This document shows positions 60,229-64,000 of a DNA stretch of 64,000 bases, one piece after another. The position numbers and the translations under genes were made by a program. Each line of letters starts with the position of its first letter. The stretch's first letter is position 1. A model generated the notes under the pieces. That model made no database searches, was not told the DNA's origin, and saw only the letters and a list, made by a program, of their open reading frames with translations. Source of the DNA: an uncultured Methanomassiliicoccales archaeon. GTDB lineage: Archaea > Thermoplasmatota > Thermoplasmata > Methanomassiliicoccales > UBA472. The stretch lies in contig CAVTBB010000005.1 in NCBI GenBank assembly GCA_963732855.1, positions 279,663 to 343,662 on the forward strand, read 5' to 3'.

Positions 60229-60764
60229 GAGCTACCGATTCCTACTAATGACAGCGGTTATGAAAATACTTTGGGTGGGATGGGCGGAAGTGGTTCTAAT
60301 GGAGGGGTCGATGTAGACTATCTTAAGGTGCTCTCTACACGCACCCGCGAAAGGTGCGACCACGTCCTGCACTAACGTCTGCTCGGCATGCTATTTCCGC
60401 AACATTCGTCAGGTGTAATTTAGGAGGTTGCAATCAGTTTTATATTAATTTATTATGGAATGAGCATAATAGTTTGTATTTGCTACTTTGCCGCTCAATG
60501 GTTTAATGGAGCTTGATTACTTTTGAAAATGTTGGGATTCTAGATTGTTGAGTGATTGTAATATTTTTCAACCGATCAATTTTCGGAGCGTGATCCAACC
60601 CGGCAAGACATGTGCCAAGATTATTCATGTGCGACCTAGTGATAACATGCTCGAAAATCAGCTAGATTTTCTCTCTCTTCGACCCGAGGAGAAGAAGGTA
60701 CCCAATACCCTAGAGTTGGGCGGTTCTACCACAAGATTATTAACCGGTCCGCCTCTGGGCATCC

Positions 60765-61697
60765 GTGGTCCGCTGCACGAAGTGCGCCGCCGAGGCGGTA
60801 ACCTATATCCGATACAACGGGTCCAGCCTGTGCTCCAAACACTTCACCGAGTATATCGACAGGCGCATCAAGAAAGAGGTGAGGACGCAGTTGGACATCG
60901 GGCATGGCAAACATATTACGGTGGCGATCTCAGGCGGCAAGGACAGCGCGGTGACACTGTTCACGTTGGCCAAGATCCTTGGTGACCGACGGGACATCAA
61001 TTTGACGGCGTTCACCGTCGACGAGGGAATCGCCAGTTATCGCCCAGCCACCATGGACAGGGTCGTTCAACTGACTAGGAGATTGGGCATCGAACATCAC
61101 GTCGTCAGCTTCCAGGAGGAGGTCGGGACGACCATGGACGAACTGGCCCCCATCTCAGGGCATCAGTCGCCTTGCTCTTATTGCGGGGTGTTCAGACGTC
61201 GCTGCATGAACAAGGCGGCAAAGCTGATAGGGGCGGACATAGTGGCTACAGGCCACAACCTCGACGATACCGCCCAGAGCGTCATGATGAACTTCATGCG
61301 TGGGGACGTCGAAAGGCTGGCTCGGCTCGGCCCCCATCTCCGTATCCAACCAGGCCTCATTCCGCGTATCGAACCCCTGCGGCTGATCCCGGAGAAAGAG
61401 TCATATCTCTACGCCCTTCTGAACGATATCGAGTTCTCGGATGCGGAATGTCCGTACGCTGGCGGTGCCCTGCGCAATGACTACCGAGCGATGATCGACG
61501 AGATGGAGCAGAAGCACCCAGGGATCAGGTTCTCGATCGTTTCCAGCTATGACACCATACGTCCTATGCTCAAGGAGCATTTCCAAGCGGCCAACCTCAG
61601 GATGTGCGCTTGCGGGGAACCGACATGCAACGAGCGATGCATGGCGTGCGAGATGGTCGAGAGGGCCGAGAAAACACTGGAAAATAAGAAAGTATGA
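60765..61697 (+). CDS. tRNA 2-thiolation protein (TtuA/Ncs6, TIGR00269-like)
   Basis: N-terminal CxxC zinc finger, SGGKDS, CSYCGVFRR, GHNLDD, CPY, C-terminal zinc finger. Confidence 0.92.
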   Translation: MVRCTKCAAEAVTYIRYNGSSLCSKHFTEYIDRRIKKEVRTQLDIGHGKHITVAISGGKDSAVTLFTLAKILGDRRDINLTAFTVDEGIASYRPATMDRVVQLTRRLGIEHHVVSFQEEVGTTMDELAPISGHQSPCSYCGVFRRRCMNKAAKLIGADIVATGHNLDDTAQSVMMNFMRGDVERLARLGPHLRIQPGLIPRIEPLRLIPEKESYLYALLNDIEFSDAECPYAGGALRNDYRAMIDEMEQKHPGIRFSIVSSYDTIRPMLKEHFQAANLRMCACGEPTCNERCMACEMVERAEKTLENKKV

Positions 61698-61725
61698 AGG
61701 GGTTTTTGAAAAGATTTCGACCAGC

Positions 61726-63003
61726 TCAGACGAGCTCGTGGAACTTGTACGCCTCTTCGCCCTCGCTCAGGCAATATCGTATCTTGGTAAAGTTCTTCTT
61801 GAGCGCCTTGACGTCTTTCTTGACGATCTCCGGCTTCTCCTTCTTCACGACGACGCGGTAGATGAGCTCGGCGACCTCTTTCATTTCGCTCTCCCTCATT
61901 CCGACGCGGGTCAGTTCCTGCGTTCCGAGGCGTATGCCGCTGGGGCGGATGGATGACTCGTCCCCGGGCAACATGTTCTTGTTGCAGATGAGGTTGGCCG
62001 CTTCCATGTCCTTCGACGCTTGATCTCCGCCACCGTGGGCCGCGACGTTCACCGCTATGGTGTGCGATTCGGTGAAGCCCTTGTGCTCACATAGCACGTC
62101 GAAGCCCAGCTCGTTCATTGCCTGGCCGAGGGCTTTGGCGTTCTTACATATCTGGGCGGCGTATTGCTGACCGTATATCTCCCACTCGGCCAACGTGACC
62201 GCTAGAGCCGCCATCTCGTGCAGGTGGTGCGATGATGTGACGCCGGGGAATACCGCCTTGTTCAGCTTCTTCTCCATCTCTTCGGTCACGTTATCGGCCA
62301 ATAGGATCCCGTGGTTTGGTCCGGGGAATGTCTTGTGGGTAGAGGCGGTGATCAGATTGGCGCCCTCATGCAGGGGGTCCTGGAACTGGCCGCCTGCGAT
62401 CAATCCAAGAACGTGGGCCGCATCATACCAGACGGTGCAGCCAACCTCTTCGAACGTTTCCCGCAGCTCTTTGAGCGGTACCGGGAATAGGAACAGAGAC
62501 ATACCGAACTGGGCTACCTTAGGCTTGGTCTGCTTGATGACTTTCTTCGTGCCATCGATGTCAATGACCATGTCCTTGGTGTTGAACGGGTAGGTGACCG
62601 TGTTCACGCCACGGAACCCGGTGGCGCCGAACTTGGCGGTGGAGATGTGCGCTCCATTGTCCAGTGAGGCAGTGGTGATGGTGTCGCCTGGCTCGGTGAG
62701 GGCGAACAACGCGGCCATATTGGCAACGGTACCGGATATCGGCCTCACGTCAGCGAACTTGCATTTGAAGATCCGCTGCGCCAGCTCCATGCACCTGATC
62801 TCGACCTTGTCAACGTAGATGTTACCCCGGTAGTATCTCTTTCCTGGCAGGCCTTCCGCGTAGCGATCGTGAAAATCAGAAATCATCATTTCTTTGGCCA
62901 GAGGGCTCATGAGGTTCTCAGAGGCGATCATCGGGATACACTCCTCGAACCACTTGTTGTGCTCCTTGACCTGTTCAATAATCCAGTATGCATCTTCCTT
63001 CAT
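61726..63003 (-). CDS. glyA: Serine hydroxymethyltransferase
   Basis: MIASEN, YAEG, YDAAH, STHKTFPGP; likely start ATG 63003. Confidence 0.97.
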   Translation of the reverse strand: MKEDAYWIIEQVKEHNKWFEECIPMIASENLMSPLAKEMMISDFHDRYAEGLPGKRYYRGNIYVDKVEIRCMELAQRIFKCKFADVRPISGTVANMAALFALTEPGDTITTASLDNGAHISTAKFGATGFRGVNTVTYPFNTKDMVIDIDGTKKVIKQTKPKVAQFGMSLFLFPVPLKELRETFEEVGCTVWYDAAHVLGLIAGGQFQDPLHEGANLITASTHKTFPGPNHGILLADNVTEEMEKKLNKAVFPGVTSSHHLHEMAALAVTLAEWEIYGQQYAAQICKNAKALGQAMNELGFDVLCEHKGFTESHTIAVNVAAHGGGDQASKDMEAANLICNKNMLPGDESSIRPSGIRLGTQELTRVGMRESEMKEVAELIYRVVVKKEKPEIVKKDVKALKKNFTKIRYCLSEGEEAYKFHELV

Positions 63004-63098
63004 GCGGAGTCCCACAGGGACATTCATGAACGTATTAAAAAAAGGTATTGCTATTGGCTAGCGGGGTTGTTATGCTCCGCGAGCCGGGAAGACCCCAG

Positions 63099-64000
63099 TC
63101 AGTTCCCGATGCGCTTCTTGAACTCGCTTATGACATCCACGGGCATGGGATCCACGTCCCGTAACCGGGCAAGATAATAACTGACCATGTCCCCCAAGAC
63201 CAGGCCGTAGAACATATTCTCCAGGTTTGAACTTCCCTCAAGCTGCACAAGAATCGGGTCAAGACCCCTTTCGTTGAACATCTGGATGGTAACCATCGTC
63301 ATCTTCTTGATCGTGGGTTCAAGGTCGTTCGGAACAATGAATACAGGTTTGCAATGGTAAACGCTTTCTCCGCTCAACCATGCCACCATTTGATTGTGGT
63401 TCATCTCCGGTAGTTCGCCAGTGAAGGCCATTATCTTGGCATTCTCGCATATCTGGTTCTGCCAACGCACGCCGATGCTGCGGACGGACCTGGGACAATA
63501 AATCGAAGGAAGGTGGCCGTCAAGCGCCAGGGCGATCTTCTTGGCCGCGTTATTGGAAGTGGGCACCCCTGGCGCCAGCCGTTCCTGGACCGACTGGATG
63601 AATGGAATGACCTCACTGAAAGCATCGAGTGGACTGCACAGGCCTGCCGAGTCCAGGATGACTGCCACCGACCCCAGCAGGTAGCCCAAGGCGGCGCGGG
63701 GCTGAATGCCAGCCGGTACAATGATGCACGGGACCTCATTCTCCTTGGCCCTCTTAACAAGCTCGCCACCCGACGAGATACATACCGTTTTCAACCGTTT
63801 GTAGGAATCCTGGAAAATGTCCAGCGCCTCTTTCGTGTCGCCGGAATAGCTGATCACCACGACCAAGGTACCGTCATCCACCCATTTGGGCAGGGAGACC
63901 CCCCGGATCACGCTCACGTTCTTGTCGCAGAATGGCGCCAGATAGTCCAGCATGATGTCCCCGCTCATTGCTGAACCACCGATGCCGCAAAGGCATACGC
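63099..64000 (-). CDS. Bifunctional phosphoglucose/phosphomannose isomerase (5' partial)
   Basis: GIGGSAMSGD at the window edge, SYSGDTKE, QPRAA, CENAK, PEMNHN. Confidence 0.92.
   Translation of the reverse strand, partial: VCLCGIGGSAMSGDIMLDYLAPFCDKNVSVIRGVSLPKWVDDGTLVVVISYSGDTKEALDIFQDSYKRLKTVCISSGGELVKRAKENEVPCIIVPAGIQPRAALGYLLGSVAVILDSAGLCSPLDAFSEVIPFIQSVQERLAPGVPTSNNAAKKIALALDGHLPSIYCPRSVRSIGVRWQNQICENAKIMAFTGELPEMNHNQMVAWLSGESVYHCKPVFIVPNDLEPTIKKMTMVTIQMFNERGLDPILVQLEGSSNLENMFYGLVLGDMVSYYLARLRDVDPMPVDVISEFKKRIGN

Noticed and set aside
60340-60358. GCACC-CGCGAAA-GGTGC hairpin as a SECIS or riboswitch part
   Set aside because: Only a 5-6 bp stem, no in-frame TGA selenoprotein nearby, and no surrounding conserved structure.
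1-64000. CRISPR array, IS/transposase, integrase, rRNA
   Set aside because: I saw no regularly spaced repeats, DDE/HUH/tyrosine-recombinase motifs or rRNA-like sequence.

Overview
Chromosomal segment of an archaeon, most likely Methanomassiliicoccales/Thermoplasmata. This is an inference from rpl40e, an aSelBL-type factor, a DUF835 protein, methanogen-type histidine kinases, archaeal RFC and bifunctional PGI/PMI. The right third (~44-64 kb) is housekeeping: hypA/hypD, nth, folC, nikR, topA, pncB, eno, rpl40e (missed by the ORF track), rfcS, a TtuA/Ncs6-like gene, glyA and pgi/pmi. The left part is accessory: (i) at the window edge, a TRAFAC-type GTPase translationally coupled to a GAP1-N-like ORF, resembling GTPase-centred conflict systems; (ii) zinc-ribbon membrane proteins, a DenV-like glycosylase, and a secreted beta-propeller protein fused to a site-2-protease-like domain; (iii) a surface-protein pseudogene with about 8 lesions; (iv) a GNAT-ThrE-DUF1028/DHFR-like/MFS cluster. 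The best novel candidate is a two-gene operon at 23719-26576. Its first gene is a hypothetical protein that retains the DUF1338/HglS (2-oxoadipate dioxygenase/decarboxylase) motifs in order, and its second is an FAD-linked D-2-hydroxyacid dehydrogenase. That would be an O2-dependent 2-oxoacid pathway in a probable strict anaerobe. Also notable are tandem CorA-like genes lacking GMN, fused and split versions of a COG0523 GTPase plus partner domain, an unannotated 45-aa four-Cys protein, and two structured-RNA candidates. I found no rRNA, tRNA, CRISPR array or recognisable transposase. All family calls come from motif recognition by eye; no database search was run.
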